NCBI GenBank assembly: GCA_964252035.1
Contig: OZ176200.1
Direction: 5' to 3' (one strand)
Length of the DNA: 63,882 nucleotides
DNA from: Podarcis erhardii
Taxonomy: Eukaryota
Shown: positions 1 through 11,752 of the stretch, piece by piece
Numbering within the stretch: the stretch's first letter is position 1
Layout of the letters: the number at the start of each line of letters is the position of its first letter
Position numbers and translations under genes: made by a program
The notes under the pieces: model-generated
Seen by the model: only the letters and a program-made list of their open reading frames with translations
Database searches by the model: none
What the model was told of the DNA's origin: nothing

Positions 1-29
1 TGTGGGTGGGAGTTTTTCAGTTTTGGGAA

Positions 30-165
30 TTTGAATTTGTACCCGTTCTGGAGGTAGAGCATCATTTGAGGGTGCTGCTAGATCAATCACTGATGCTAGA
101 AGCCCAGTTGGCTCTGAGCACCCATTACCAACTTTGGTTGGTGAACCAACCTACCTTGTCCTACC
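30..165 (+). mobile_element. Degraded L2 LINE ORF2 fragment
   Basis: Translates ..LRVLLDQSLMLEAQL..HYQLWLVNQ..YL, matching the post-RT segment LGVILDSQLSMEAQV..YQLHLVRRLRPYL of the young L2 at 30.6-30.8 kb. Confidence 0.55.
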
Positions 166-419
166 TCGTTTTTAAGAAATGTTATTGCTTTTTTATTTTT
201 ATGTAAATTGCTTATAAATGTTTTGTTAAACAGTATAAATATGTTATAAATGAACTGCCAGGGAGCATAGGTGCCAGATGTTCTTCTGCACCCACATAGC
301 AGATCTATATGTAGCCCGTTTCTGTGGAGAGATTCCTATATCTAAATGATACCCGATAATTAAAAGTGCAGCACAGAGTAACTGAAGATGATGCATAGTA
401 CGGAAACCTTTTGTTTCAG

Positions 420-519
420 GCAAAATGACCGAAAAAGAACACAAGAGTATAAAAAGGAACTAGAAGAGATGAAGTTGCGAGTGAAAAACAGACCATATAT
501 GTTTGAACAGGTCACAAAG
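420..519 (+). CDS. FAM161B: FAM161B penultimate-region coding exon
   Basis: tttcag|G..AAG|gtaact; RQNDRKRTQEYKKELEEMKLRVKNRPYMFEQVTK matches the recalled FAM161 C-terminal motif (ELEEMK.R...RP.LFEQV.K); tail-to-tail with ZNF410 as in human. Confidence 0.85.
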
Positions 520-945
520 GTAACTATTTTGGTATGGGGAAACTGTCAAGGTTTAGAGGATCAAGCAGTAAATACCAGCAGACTGTAGCAGGGAGCCAAT
601 ACAATATTCAAGTAACCTCTTTGCCATTCTGGAAATCTGAAGGGTAAAAAAAACTTCATGGGAAAAAGAGTTTGGTAGGGAACAAAATTTAGTTATTGAC
701 CAGCTGTAATGATAGAGAAACTACTGTACACTAAATAGGAAAATATTGTTTTCAAAATAAACTGAGGTATATGATTGAATATAATGGTCTTCAAAGAATT
801 CGCAGACATTTAAAAATATAACTGCTTCTTCCATATTGAGAGAAATATCCAATTACTTTTCTAGTTTAGAGCGATCACCTGGAATAACTAAGTATTCATG
901 AAGGGAAGAGGGCCTATTAAACCGTCTGTCTTCTGAATTCCACAG

Positions 946-1116
946 CAAGGTGCCCGTCAGGGGGCAGAGAGGCTTTTTCGAGACACCTTGCAGCAGTTTG
1001 GGTTGAATGAAGAATTTGTGAAAAGCAAAGGAGGAGACACCACTGACCTAGTAGGGAAGGAGCAGTCTGAATCACAAAGGTATTTAAAGAACAGAAAATC
1101 ACCTGTAGCTTCGTAA
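946..1116 (+). CDS. FAM161B: FAM161B next exon, read to TAA at 1114-1116 (alternatively spliced out at 1079)
   Basis: ccacag|CAA, phase 0 compatible; QGARQGAERLFRDTLQQFGLNEEFVKSKG resembles FAM161B ..EAEQWYLDTLKQAGLEEDFVRNKG. Confidence 0.75.
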   Translation, partial: QGARQGAERLFRDTLQQFGLNEEFVKSKGGDTTDLVGKEQSESQRYLKNRKSPVAS

Positions 1117-1292
1117 AAAATAGCCTTCTGCATTCACCTATTAGATATAAGGGCATACATTTATGCTGAGAAGGAAAGAAACTTGCACTTAACAAGCCAT
1201 GGAGTTGTCAGTGAGCTACCAGACCCAATTCAAGATAAACTGGCTTGGGACCAAATTACTTGAAAGAGAATCTTCCCAAATAGGAAACTACC

Positions 1293-1729
1293 TGTAATGG
1301 GGTTTGGGGTTGCTTGTGCGTAAGACGCAAACTGCTCCAAGCTGAGTAGTTTGGTAAAACTTTCCCCTGGCTGGACAGTCAGTACTCCGTGACTGTCTCA
1401 ATCACTGGCAGAATCCGTCAGTGGGCGTTTCCTGAATTTCTTCCAACATAAAAGTTCTTTGACACTAAGTCTCCGCCTAGCTTCTCTGCGCGGAAGCTTT
1501 CTGCGCAGAGTGGGCGTCCCAAGGGGAGGTCCTGTGCTCTCCCTGCTGGTCTCACTGGAAGAGTCCTGGAGCCTTCCCTCCGAAGCTCCCTCAGCCTCCC
1601 CTTTCTCCCTGGCGTCACGTCTATTTCCTTCCCCAGCGGAAGCTCTCCCTCTCTCCTTGCTGGTTCCCTCTCCAGCGTCATTAGGGAGCCTTACCCACCA
1701 CCCTTGGCTCTGATGGCAGTTCCCTGACA
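1293..1729 (-). mobile_element. Solo LTR (Gypsy-like), 437 bp
   Basis: TG...CA termini (TGTAA/TGACA) and identical 5-bp TSD CTACC at 1288-1292 and 1730-1734; GC-rich against AT-rich flanks; strand inferred from the internal open frame. Confidence 0.8.
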
Positions 1730-2457
1730 CTACCTATTTGGCAGGTGATGCCTTGTTGGTGTTGGTGCCGCTGGGGGCTCCCCAGCTCGCAGTTCCATGT
1801 GACAGGGCCTCTTCAGCAGGAGTTTCCCATTCATAGGTTCTTCCTGGTGAGGCAGCAGTGCTGACTTGGGCCCCACACTGTCATAAAGTCATGGTGGCAA
1901 GGGGCCCACTGCATCCCAGAAGCACGTCCATGGCTGCAATGTGCCCCAACAGAGGCCTCACAGCACTGGCGCAGGCCCCGGCCCAGTCGCCGCCAGAGGT
2001 AAGGCACCAGCTGGCAGAGGCCGGGCCCCCAGGGCCCTGGAGTTGGTGTCCCTGTTGTGTGGTGTGTCTCCCCTCATTATTGACTTTCAGGATTTTTAAC
2101 ACATTCCTGTTTACTCAAGACATTTGATGGCTGGAAAAAAAACCACCCGTTCCTGGAAACCCTGAGATCACTTGTTGAAAGAATGTTTTTAGAATTTTAA
2201 AACTGATTCATTATTGATGTGTTTAGCCACCCTGGACTCAGAAATAAACTGACATAATAATAAAAGTCCCTGCTCACAGATTGGATTTAAGCTCGTCACA
2301 CTGTCTAAAGTATCTCTCAGTTCTTGTGAGGATGAAATATGGAAAACAGTATATAGGATGTTTGGAACTCCTTAGAAGTAGAGTAGGATTCAGATGTGAA
2401 CTTTACAACTATGATTTTATAGCGTGAAATTTTGAAATCACAATTTTTAATCAACAG

Positions 2458-2542
2458 GACTCATAAGTCACAGAGGAATACCAAAGCTGGCATTATACAA
2501 GAACTAGCTGAAGAGGGGCAAAGGATACTACAAACAAAGTAG
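2458..2542 (+). CDS. FAM161B: Possible alternative terminal FAM161B exon
   Basis: aacag|G acceptor is phase-compatible with donor AG|gtattt at 1079/1080; open 27 codons (RTHKSQRNTKAGIIQELAEEGQRILQTK*); no homology recognised. Confidence 0.35.
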
Positions 2543-2751
2543 GAACCCAGTGGAAGTCTTCAGGTGCCTAAAGCTCATTTCCCCCCTTTAATCAAATGTC
2601 ATTAGATCAGGGTTAGGCAACTTCTTCAGCACGAAGAACTGAAGCTAACAAGCTTTTATATAAAAATTTGTAATCATGATATATACTAGATTATAGATAA
2701 CAAATGTATTGCACTTCTTTAGGCAACCTCAAAAGATTTGGCACCATCCCT

Positions 2752-2968
2752 CTCAGGTTACATACGCTTCAGGTTACAGACTCCGCTAACCCAGAAATAG
2801 TACCTCGGGTTAAGAACTTTACTTCAGGATGAGAACATAAATCGAGCAGCGGCAGCGGCGCAGCAGCGGGAGGCCCCATTAGCTAAAGTGGTGTTTCAGG
2901 TTAAGAACAGTTTCAGGTTAAGAACGGACCTCCAGAACGAATTAAGTACGTAACCCGAGGTACCACTG
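2752..2968 (-). mobile_element. Tigger/pogo-like MITE, one end truncated
   Basis: Ends GAGGTACCACTG+TA; reverse-complement near-copy of the complete element at 58871-59112. Confidence 0.85.
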
Positions 2969-4624
2969 TACTTGGGTGGGTGGAAGTGGGGAGGTATGTG
3001 CATATGCAGCCTGCTGTGCTGACACAGATCCTGGAAGCATCATCCTGTTTGGACGTTTCATGCTAATGGTACCCATACAGATTCTGCACTAACTTAAATT
3101 GAAAAGTACCATACTAATGTTTTAAACGTTTATGCCTCTCAGGTTCAGGAAGCTGTACAATGGAATTGCTACGGTAGATGTTTTTAGCCAGTTTTGTTCC
3201 TACAAACAGGTTGGCAACAAGGAGTTTTTAGATTTCCCTTCAGTAACTCATTTGCACTATTTTTTTAAACAAAAGATGGCCAGAGGATCTATGCTAAATG
3301 CTCTTCTCCATCCCTCCTTGGCCATGCAAGGCTAATAAAATTATATTTCCCCTAGCAACCTAGATTTCTTATTGTTACAAGTTCACTGAGATTTACAGTC
3401 CAAGATGCCATTATGATTCTGTGCTGGCTTACTTGGAAGTAAGTCCCATTGAGGATAAATGTGCTACAGATAAATGTGCTTAGGGAGTAAACTGAAGTGC
3501 CTGTGCTCCAAAAGCAGTGGTATATTAGTCTAGTAGCAACTACTGAAAAGCATGATGAGTTGTTATTCCATCTGAACGTTTAGTAAAAATTAACTCTATT
3601 TTCAAAAACATGAATAAAATCATTAAACCCAAGATTCATAGAATTTAAAGTAACATTTAAAGTTACTTTATTCATTGAGGACAGGTTGAGGGGGCAGGGA
3701 CCTTTCTGACTCCATGGGCCAGATTCTTACCAAGATCTGCCTTGCAGACCAAAATTGACGTGAGTGGAGCCACCCACTTCTCTTGCACACTGATCTCAGA
3801 GGCACAAAAAAGAAGTGGCAGATTTGCAAAGCCTTTTCCAATTCCCAGAGGGCTGGGGATGTAAAGTGGGTGGGGAGACTTGCAAAAAGATTTAAGACAG
3901 CCTCTGCACTCCCTTTTGAGCAAATGGGAGCACAGGAGCTGCCTTTAAACCCTTTGCAAAAGCTACTTTGAAACAGCTTGCAAGTACATGTGAGCTGTTT
4001 CAAAAAGTGCTTTTGCACAGGACTTTTAATCCCTGCTTAGTTAATATTTTTTGTGCTGTGCTGTATTCTTGTTCTAATGGTCTATAATTGTTTTTAAATA
4101 TTTAAGCTGCCCATAGAACTTTGAGAGGCACAAATACTGTATTTATTATGCTCTGTCTGGTCCATATCAAACCATGTTAATTCTGAGCCCAGAGGCTGAT
4201 TAAAAGATTTATGCCTTTTCCTATTTTACAAGTAGAACTGTCTGAAGTAAATGAAAGCTTATTCTATAATAAATGTGCTTGACCTTAAAGGCATTACAAG
4301 ATTAATTGTTTTTACCTTTTTATATGTTCACAAAAATATATGTCCTTTAAAATATAATGTAGAAACATGATCTCCCCCCCCCCCCCCGCCAAAAAAAATT
4401 ATTTAAAGTGGAAGCTATAGGAGAAGCTTCAGCAACAGTACTTTTGGTACAGAGTGGCCAATGAGAACATTCCTGCTCATTTTTGTTCTATTTTTTCTGT
4501 TTAATTGTTTTATGTATATAGTAATAGGATTTTGTATTACATATAATTGCTTGGTACTTGGCTTTAAGGTACCCATGAGCATCTTTGAATAGGCAAAGAA
4601 AAACACAAAATACACAAATATCAG

Positions 4625-5070
4625 GAGTTGGAAGTAGATAGTTTATTTACAACTGAAGAATACTGAATAGATTCTACCTCTGATTTTTTTTTTTTTAAAT
4701 TAAGCCCTAATAATTAGAAATTAAAATCACAGCAAGAAGCAAGGGTGTCTGAGGCAATCCTCTGAACAACATCATGTCTTCGGTTTGGAGCAGAAACCAC
4801 ATTAGAGAGTATATCCGCACCAAGCAAGGAGATGTGGAAGATCTAGCTCAAAGAGAAACCACAAACCACCTGATAATTCAGAAGCAAGAACAGAACTGCA
4901 GTGCCTTGTTGCAGAATTCACTACCATCTAAAGATACTCCTCCAAGAAGAACGAGTCAATATAATGCTGAGCATATGATCAGCTTCAGGAGAGAAAAAAG
5001 TGGCTAGGAACTAGTTCCAAGAGCATTACCTCCTCGCCTTTGGGGTGCCAGGTTCAACAGGAACAGTAAC
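4625..5070 (-). other. ZNF410: Putative noncoding last exon / 3' UTR of ZNF410
   Basis: Minus-strand acceptor gaacag|GTTACT at 5070; AATAAA on minus strand at 4642-4647. Confidence 0.45.
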
Positions 5071-6292
5071 CTGTTCAGACATTAGTAAAAGCTCCTGAAG
5101 CCCTTCTTCAGAGGTTCCAGTGATTGAAGCAAACCATATTCCAGGCCTCTGGTCTGACAGGTCACAATAAGTACACTAGAGGCACAGCATAAACTCTGGG
5201 GATTCAAGTGCCACATGGTTTCTTGAGCCCATCATCACACAAGCTTCTTCTTTAGCTTCGTATCTTGTGTTGAATACTTCATTCATTTGCTCTTCCTTTT
5301 GTAACTGCAAATCAACACATTTTATTTTTATCAATACTAGTTCAGACTTGTTTATAAGAAAGGAACGAATAATAGAATGATTCAAGCAACACACTGCTCT
5401 ATTATATTTCACAGCATCTTTTTTTCTTTCTTTCAAGCCCTCTCTATATGACAAATTACCAACACAGATGTATGGGAGAAGTACCTTTACTTGTAACACC
5501 TTCTAACGTATTTGTTTTAAATGAAGGGCCTGGCTGATCAGTGCTAAGGCAGTGGGAGAAAGTGGCTCACTCCGATCAAGGTAGAAGTTGGGCAGGGTGG
5601 GCTGGACCACGCTCGCACAAAAAGCTGAACTGAACATCTTTAGACTGCTTCACTTTTCTCACTCTAATACAAGTGTATTCTGGAGCAGAAGGCATCTTAG
5701 GATTCAACTCGTACTAAAGATTCTGTGTCAGTAAAACATCACAGGAATACACACTTTGCCTGTGTCATATTATGAAAGATGGCATTGTGGGTTGGGAACA
5801 GCATGACGACAGAGGACAGTGTTATTTTGCAAGAATTGTTGTGCAACATTGTTGTACCACACCCAATCATTGTTCAGTGAACAAATGGATATAGTAATGT
5901 TGTAACAAAGAGCCTTGCCTACAGTCATCACAGTTAGTAGACTGTATTAAGCTTTAATTGAAACCAACAGGCACCAGCAGAGGTTGTGATTTTTGTGTCA
6001 GACCAAGCTGTATGCCACTATAGTTATATAGCTTCCAGATCAAGTAAATTATTATTAATTGTTATTATTACCTTCAATTTAAGATTGAATGGGAGTTTTC
6101 TTTTAAACCTATTATTACTATAATCTTCCATCAAAATTTCAAACAAATATTTATAAGACTAAATAATAACCAAAAGCCTCACTGCTATCAAATTCTCAGA
6201 TAGTAGAAAAGGTTATGTTTTCCTGCACTTTCAAAAGACTAGAATTATGCTGTTCTAAAAGAAATAGAAGTTGTCTAGGCTGACCTGTAGAT

Positions 6293-6417
6293 TTACTGTA
6301 GTAAAGATGACACCCCATAGGAGTGTCTTGATGTTGACATGGGCATCAGGTGATGAGATGGCAAAACCACATCAGATGCAGCATGGAGAGAGTTTGTTGT
6401 TGCTTCAGCAAGAACCT
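6293..6417 (-). CDS. ZNF410: ZNF410 last coding exon (EVLAEATT...HHLMPMSTSRHSYGVSSLLQ*)
   Basis: ttgcag|AG acceptor; TAA at 6293-6295; donor AG|gtcagc 8 nt further on (exon ends 6285). Confidence 0.85.
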
Positions 6418-6758
6418 CTGCAAATCAAACAGGAGGCTAAGTTGTGCTTTATAAAACGTTCATTGGGGATTATTTTCTCAAGCAACCCGATCTTCAGGCA
6501 AAAAATGAAGTGTGCATTGTGTGAATGTATTAGACTAGGGCAAATATTAGAAACAATGGCTAAATCAGCACTCAGGAAAACAAATACAGTATCAGAAACC
6601 AATATAAAAGTATTATTATTGCATTCCACCCTTCCTACTGAAACTATGTGTTGGAACTCCAATAAATTATCCCATTTAAGACTATCCTGATAGAAAGATA
6701 TCCCCTCCCAACGGAGCTCCTGTAAACATTTCATTGCTAATAGAAATATTTTTCTCAC

Positions 6759-6896
6759 CTTCCTTTACACCAATAATTGATTCTGTGTCTGGCAACTGCA
6801 AAGATTCTACATCAAGGCTGGGAGGTGAGCTCATGGACACCAGATTCTTACTGTGCTCTTCAGATTCTTCCAACAAACTACTGCCCATCAACGATT
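6759..6896 (-). CDS. ZNF410: ZNF410 coding exon 9 (ESLMGSSLLEE...IIGVKE)
   Basis: caacag| and |gtgaga; 138 nt; matches recalled EPLMGSSLLEE..KNLVSM. Confidence 0.93.
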
Positions 6897-6950
6897 CTGT
6901 TGCAAAAACAAAACACCAAGTTGAGGAACAACAGCATCAGTGTCCACTAG

Positions 6951-7194
6951 TTTGGATTTTGGATTTGATATCCCGCTTTATCATTACCCTAAGGAGTCTC
7001 AAAGCGGCTAACATTCTCCTTTACCTTCCTCCCCCACAACAAACACTCTGTGAGGTGAGTGAGGCTGAGAGACTTCAGAGAAGTGTGACTGGCCCAAGGT
7101 CACCCAGCAGCTGCATGTGGAGGAGCAGAGACGCGAACCCGGTTCACCAGATTACAAGACTACTGCTCTTAACCACTACACCACACAGGCTCTC
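6951..7194 (-). mobile_element. tRNA-headed, L2-tailed SINE (MIR/Squam3-like)
   Basis: Minus strand has head GTGTGGTGTAGTGGTTAAGAG and GGTTCG B-box; near-identical copies at 44.75 and 50.78 kb. Confidence 0.85.
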
Positions 7195-7624
7195 TAACTA
7201 TCACACAGAGAGGGATTTCTGCTTCACAAATCTGAAGAATGTGGAGAATTGTTTTCTCACTCTTCCTTATCCAAGATTTCTTCTTCATGACCTATATTTT
7301 CAGGAAGAGAGTTTGACTTTGTAGAGTATATTTTGAGATGTGGGCATAAACATCTGAAAAGCACAACTTTACTCACACAGATCAATTTTATAACTGTTTT
7401 TCAAAGCTGGTAAATAGTTAATGCTTTGTGATCAAACACTCTTAGCCTCTCTGTTCCTACAGTCTCTTCATGTGATATATTTCACATCCTCAGAAACAGC
7501 CGCATTTCTGTCACCATCTCATGCTAACACTTCTATGGCAGAACAGATTCTCTTTCTCAACTCGACCCTTCTCATCACTGTTTGAAAGCTCCAATCAAAC
7601 ATTCCCATTCTACTCGGTTCCTAC

Positions 7625-7750
7625 CTGTTTGTTCATGCTGTCTGTTGCTATCTGTTCCAACTCTGGAATGATGTTTCTTCATGTGTACATTCCTACTACC
7701 ACTCTGAGAAAATGTCTTCCCACAGATTTGACACTGGTGGGGCTTTACTC
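7625..7750 (-). CDS. ZNF410: ZNF410 coding exon 8 (zinc finger 5)
   Basis: GVKPHQCQICGKTFSQSGSRNVHMKKHH; ttatag| and |gtagga; 126 nt. Confidence 0.96.
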
Positions 7751-8181
7751 CTATAAACAATATACAATAATTGCTAGAGCAGGGAATGAAATATCCATTT
7801 TCTATGCTTAAGTAGTTTTCATTTTTCTTGAATTCAGACACCAAAGGCTTAGCTTTAGAAAGGGGCTATCAAGTTCACAGTCAAATTTTTTCAGGAAAAT
7901 TTAGAGTCTCAGGCCTGTATGTACAAGAAGCCTTTGACCTAGAGATTGTAAGATCTCACTTTGTCACGCCCATAATTGTATATACTAGGCAAGATGCAGT
8001 TTTTAGCCTACACCTTTGAAGTTATGAGGCTCAAGAAGAGAAAAGGGCAAGACAGCATAAAAAGCAAAGGGGGAACCACATTAGTAATTGTTCAGTAAGA
8101 CCTAGGGAATAATGTTCTGCTGTCTTCAAGACAGATGTTGTCTGTTGTATGGGTATATCTCAAGGAATAAAGTCCCCTTAC

Positions 8182-8271
8182 CTGAATGGACAACTAGGTG
8201 TTTCCGAAGGCTGGAGTATTCAGCAAAGGAGCGACCACAGCCTTGAGCCTCACACAAGAAGGGCTTTTCCC
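8182..8271 (-). CDS. ZNF410: ZNF410 coding exon 7 (zinc finger 4)
   Basis: GEKPFLCEAQGCGRSFAEYSSLRKHLVVHS; atgcag| and |gtaagg; 90 nt. Confidence 0.96.
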
Positions 8272-9032
8272 CTGCATTGAAGCATTTGCTTCAGTTAATT
8301 CAAAAAGTCACTTGAATTGCATATGCCCTCATATGCAAGGATCCACTTCTTTCTATTAAGTTGCAGTTTCTCAAATTCAGTCAAACACCTTTCATTGTTT
8401 ACATGAATTGAAGCTTTGAAGATTTCTACTTGGAGAGTGAAAACACAATTTCTCCAAGACTGGAAGTCTCAGAAATTTAATATAATAACCACCAACATGG
8501 TTTGCTATTATATAACCTTTTGACCACCTAAAGGAGGTGGGGGAAAACTTTGGCCTGGTTCACATGACCTGCTAAGCCAAACCTTGACTTATTGAGACCA
8601 TACACAGAGCAGCTCATATCCACATTGCTCCTCCCTGGTCCTCTTTTCCGCTGTGCCAAGCCAGGTTTGGCTTAGTGGGTCATCTGAATCAGCTTTCTCC
8701 TCCCTATCTCCTCCCTAGCTGTAACATAGCCAGCCTTTGGCCCTCATAAACAGCGTCTGGGTGGAAATCGCTGCAGTGTTCAGGAAAATCTGGATATATG
8801 GCAACCCATGTCGGAAGTGTAGATTTTGCCTAATTTCATTAAAAATACCTCAAAGCTCAACAACTTTGGCAACCCTAAATAAATACTTCATAACAGTCAT
8901 AAAGGCAGAGAGTCAGCAGCTGCCTAGTCAGTGCCATGCTCATAATCTGACTGACAGAAATGCAGAGAAACTTATTTAACACTTGAATACTGGAACAAAA
9001 GAATAATTTGAAAAAAGGGGAATGGTACACAC

Positions 9033-9214
9033 CAGTATGAATCCGCAGGTGATTCTTCAGGTTCCCAGCTGTCGTGAACTGCTTCCCACAACCTAGCTCA
9101 GTGCAGATGAATGGTTTCTCACCATTGTGCGTTCTCATGTGCACCTTCAGCCTCTGCAGGACATAGAAGCTTTTCCCGCAATCTTTTGCTGGACAAATGA
9201 AGGAACGGTCATTC
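9033..9214 (-). CDS. ZNF410: ZNF410 coding exon 6 (zinc fingers 2-3)
   Basis: [62 protein letters not shown]; ttccag| and |gtgtgt. Confidence 0.96.
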
Positions 9215-9722
9215 CTGGAAAACAACATCACTTTCATGGCACTATTATACATGCTGCTGTAATCAAGTATTCCTCTGCTGGTGCTCTGGCTTTCCTTAAT
9301 GTGGTGTTGTATGCATTTTTGTTTCAGTTCAAAATGAAGAGGCTGAAAAGTGACATGGCCAGTTACTGGCCCCACCTGAAGTAACAGTTAAAGTAAAATG
9401 AAGAGGTTGCATTTTCCTTGCCTTACACTGTATAAATAATTTTAATAAACCAGATAGTCTCATTTAAAAGTTTAGGTTACATATAACATACACAAAAAAG
9501 CAGTTTTGTTTGGGCCAGTTGAAAATCACAAGCCACTCCCAGGCAGTTAAAACACACAGTGTTTTAAAAACCACACTGAGTGTATTTGCAAAATAGAAAT
9601 GAGCTTTTTCTGTTTCAGATTTCTGTACTTTGGCTGACTTTCTGAATTTGATCGTTCCGTAGCAGGACCTGCATACAGTCTGCAGTGCTCAGCAAAGTCA
9701 TAACTATAACGACTCTATGCAC

Positions 9723-9882
9723 CTGTGAGTCTTTAAGTGGTATTTGAAGTGGGCCGGCCACACAAATGTCCTGTCACAGCCCTCAACTGTGCATTTCAAC
9801 TTTTTCTCCACCCGAGGCAAGTGAGGGATAGGGCTGGATTCTTTCGGTTGAGGGTCTCCTGAGCAAACATGAACATTTTCAC
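9723..9882 (-). CDS. ZNF410: ZNF410 coding exon 5 (zinc finger 1)
   Basis: ENVHVCSG...VEKKLKCTVEGCDRTFVWPAHFKYHLKTHR; ttccag| and |gtgcat; 160 nt. Confidence 0.95.
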
Positions 9883-10121
9883 CTGGAAGGGGTTAAAAAA
9901 TAATACAATGGTAAGATGACAGTGATACATAGGAGGGGGGAACTCACCTAAATACATTTAAAAAGAGAAACATTTCTGCTCGTTTTGTTTAGTCAGCCCC
10001 CTGAAGTGGATGATTTTTTTCATACTTCAAATCTGTACTCTCCCAAATTTTCAGGAGGTTCCATTTTCTTCTGCAAAATTTACCATTTCTAAGGGCAGGA
10101 GCAGTGGGGGTGGTGAAACGC

Positions 10122-10288
10122 TAGCATAGAAAGCAGCTTTATAACCAGTCACCACTGGTCCATCTGGCTTAGCACTGACCACTCTGACTAGTAAGTTTCC
10201 CAGGGTTTCAGACTGGAAGCGTTCCCAGTCCTACCTGGAGAGATTGAGCCTTCTTCATCCAAAGCTAGTGCTCTGCCAACTGAGCTAT
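10122..10288 (-). mobile_element. Old tRNA-derived SINE (tail ..AGATGGACCA..GCTTCCTATG family)
   Basis: Minus head TAGCTCAGTTGGCAGAGC; body similar to 13345-13437 and 58745-59130. Confidence 0.55.
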
Positions 10289-11242
10289 AATCCTTTCCCA
10301 GAGGTAGGGGGAGGGTAGAGAAGGCACATTAAAATAATATAGCACTACCTTCCACATTTTTGCATACCTGTTCACATTCACTGTTTCCCTGACTTGCTGT
10401 TGCTGCTTGGTCGCCTTCTTAAAAACAAAACACAAAACTTGAAAGGGCTTCTTCACTATGTGATCCCAGCCAACTCACAGATCTCATAGTAAAACTGGCA
10501 CCACGTGGCCAGCTGTAGTTGTGTGACAACAGCGAGGGCAAACAATGCTGTTCAATTGCTCTCACACTTAGGGGGGAAAGAGACAACTGAGAGGACTCAT
10601 ACCATGTTATGCTGGCAGTTTCATTATCTTACTATCATTATGCAGCATATTTTTCTCCTGACCGAGCTCCCATTGCACATAGTTAGGCATGCCTAATGGA
10701 CAGAACAGGCATGGAGATGTGCATCCCATTATAAGCAGTGCCGTACAAACAGATGAAGTTGCGACGGAATGCAAATCATTTCTTTTTGAATGTGTTACTT
10801 CCAATGGAATGTGCGTCCCAATGTTATCGGCAAGAAATCGACGACACACAATTGGATTAAGGAAGGGAACATCAGGCTGGTTACCTCAGCAATGGAGCTG
10901 CTTTTGCCAAGCATCAGCAACTCCCAGGTATACCTAGCATTCAGCAGATTGCATGGCCCAGCAGGCATGCAGCAACAACTGGTGAAAACAGCTCAGAGCC
11001 AGGAGCTACTAAACCCCAGAACTCCGTTTACCCTCACAGCCATGATATTGAAAACCAGATATTGCCCAGCCCTATTAGGGACATTGAAAGTTTTTTACCT
11101 TAAAAGGCAGGAAGTAGATGACTGAAGTTCTCAACAACATATAAGAGCTTTACAGGATTTCCTAAACTCATTTTATGGGTGAAAGTAACGTTATACCTTG
11201 AAAATGGGGGAAAAACCCCAACAGAAATAAAAGCCCTCTTAC

Positions 11243-11434
11243 CATTATTGCTTGCTTTGGCATTCTTTGCGAGCTGTGCTCGAGTGGCAGCAATCAAACT
11301 GTCATGAGCCAGTTCCTGCACTCGCAAAAACCATGGGGTACTGCTGTCGGTGCTATCATTCGAGAAGAAATCATTCCCAGAATCTTCTGCTTCATCTTGG
11401 ACAAACACCAAGTGCTCTGAGGGAGAACCTAGGC
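11243..11434 (-). CDS. ZNF410: ZNF410 coding exon 4
   Basis: GLGSPSEHLVFVQDEAEDSGNDFFSNDSTDSSTPWFLRVQELAHDSLIAATRAQLAKNAKASNNG; 192 nt; GT-AG. Confidence 0.96.
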
Positions 11435-11752
11435 CTAGAACGGAGGCAGTTTTCATGAGACAATAAAAAGGGGAGTAAACTCTCTTGCTTCCCACAATAT
11501 CACAATGAACCTCTACAGCAGGGATGGCTAACCTGTAGCCCTCAATATGTCATTGCACAGCAAGTCCCTTCTGCCCCAGTCAGCATGGCCAATGGCCAGG
11601 GCAGATGAGAGTTTTAGTTCAACATCATCTGGAGGTGCCACAGGTTAGTTTCCCTGCTCTCCAGCCACTTTACTGGAAGGAGGTGATGACTCCTGTTAAA
11701 TGCAGCATTGCCCAAATCTCTTTCTGTGCTTTGAAGTGCTTGATGGAGTTAC

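Noticed and set aside
6734-7324. 196-aa ORF, with similar peptides at 44771 and 50627
   Set aside because: Chance translation through SINE copies and the antisense of a ZNF410 exon
8875-9032. In-frame read-through after zinc finger 3 (3-finger isoform)
   Set aside because: Would need retention at the GTGTGT donor; the tail is low-complexity intron sequence with no other support
10260-10290. tRNA genes at SINE heads (also 7170-7194, 13400-13437, 15800-15849)
   Set aside because: A/B boxes continue into SINE bodies and no cloverleaf closes
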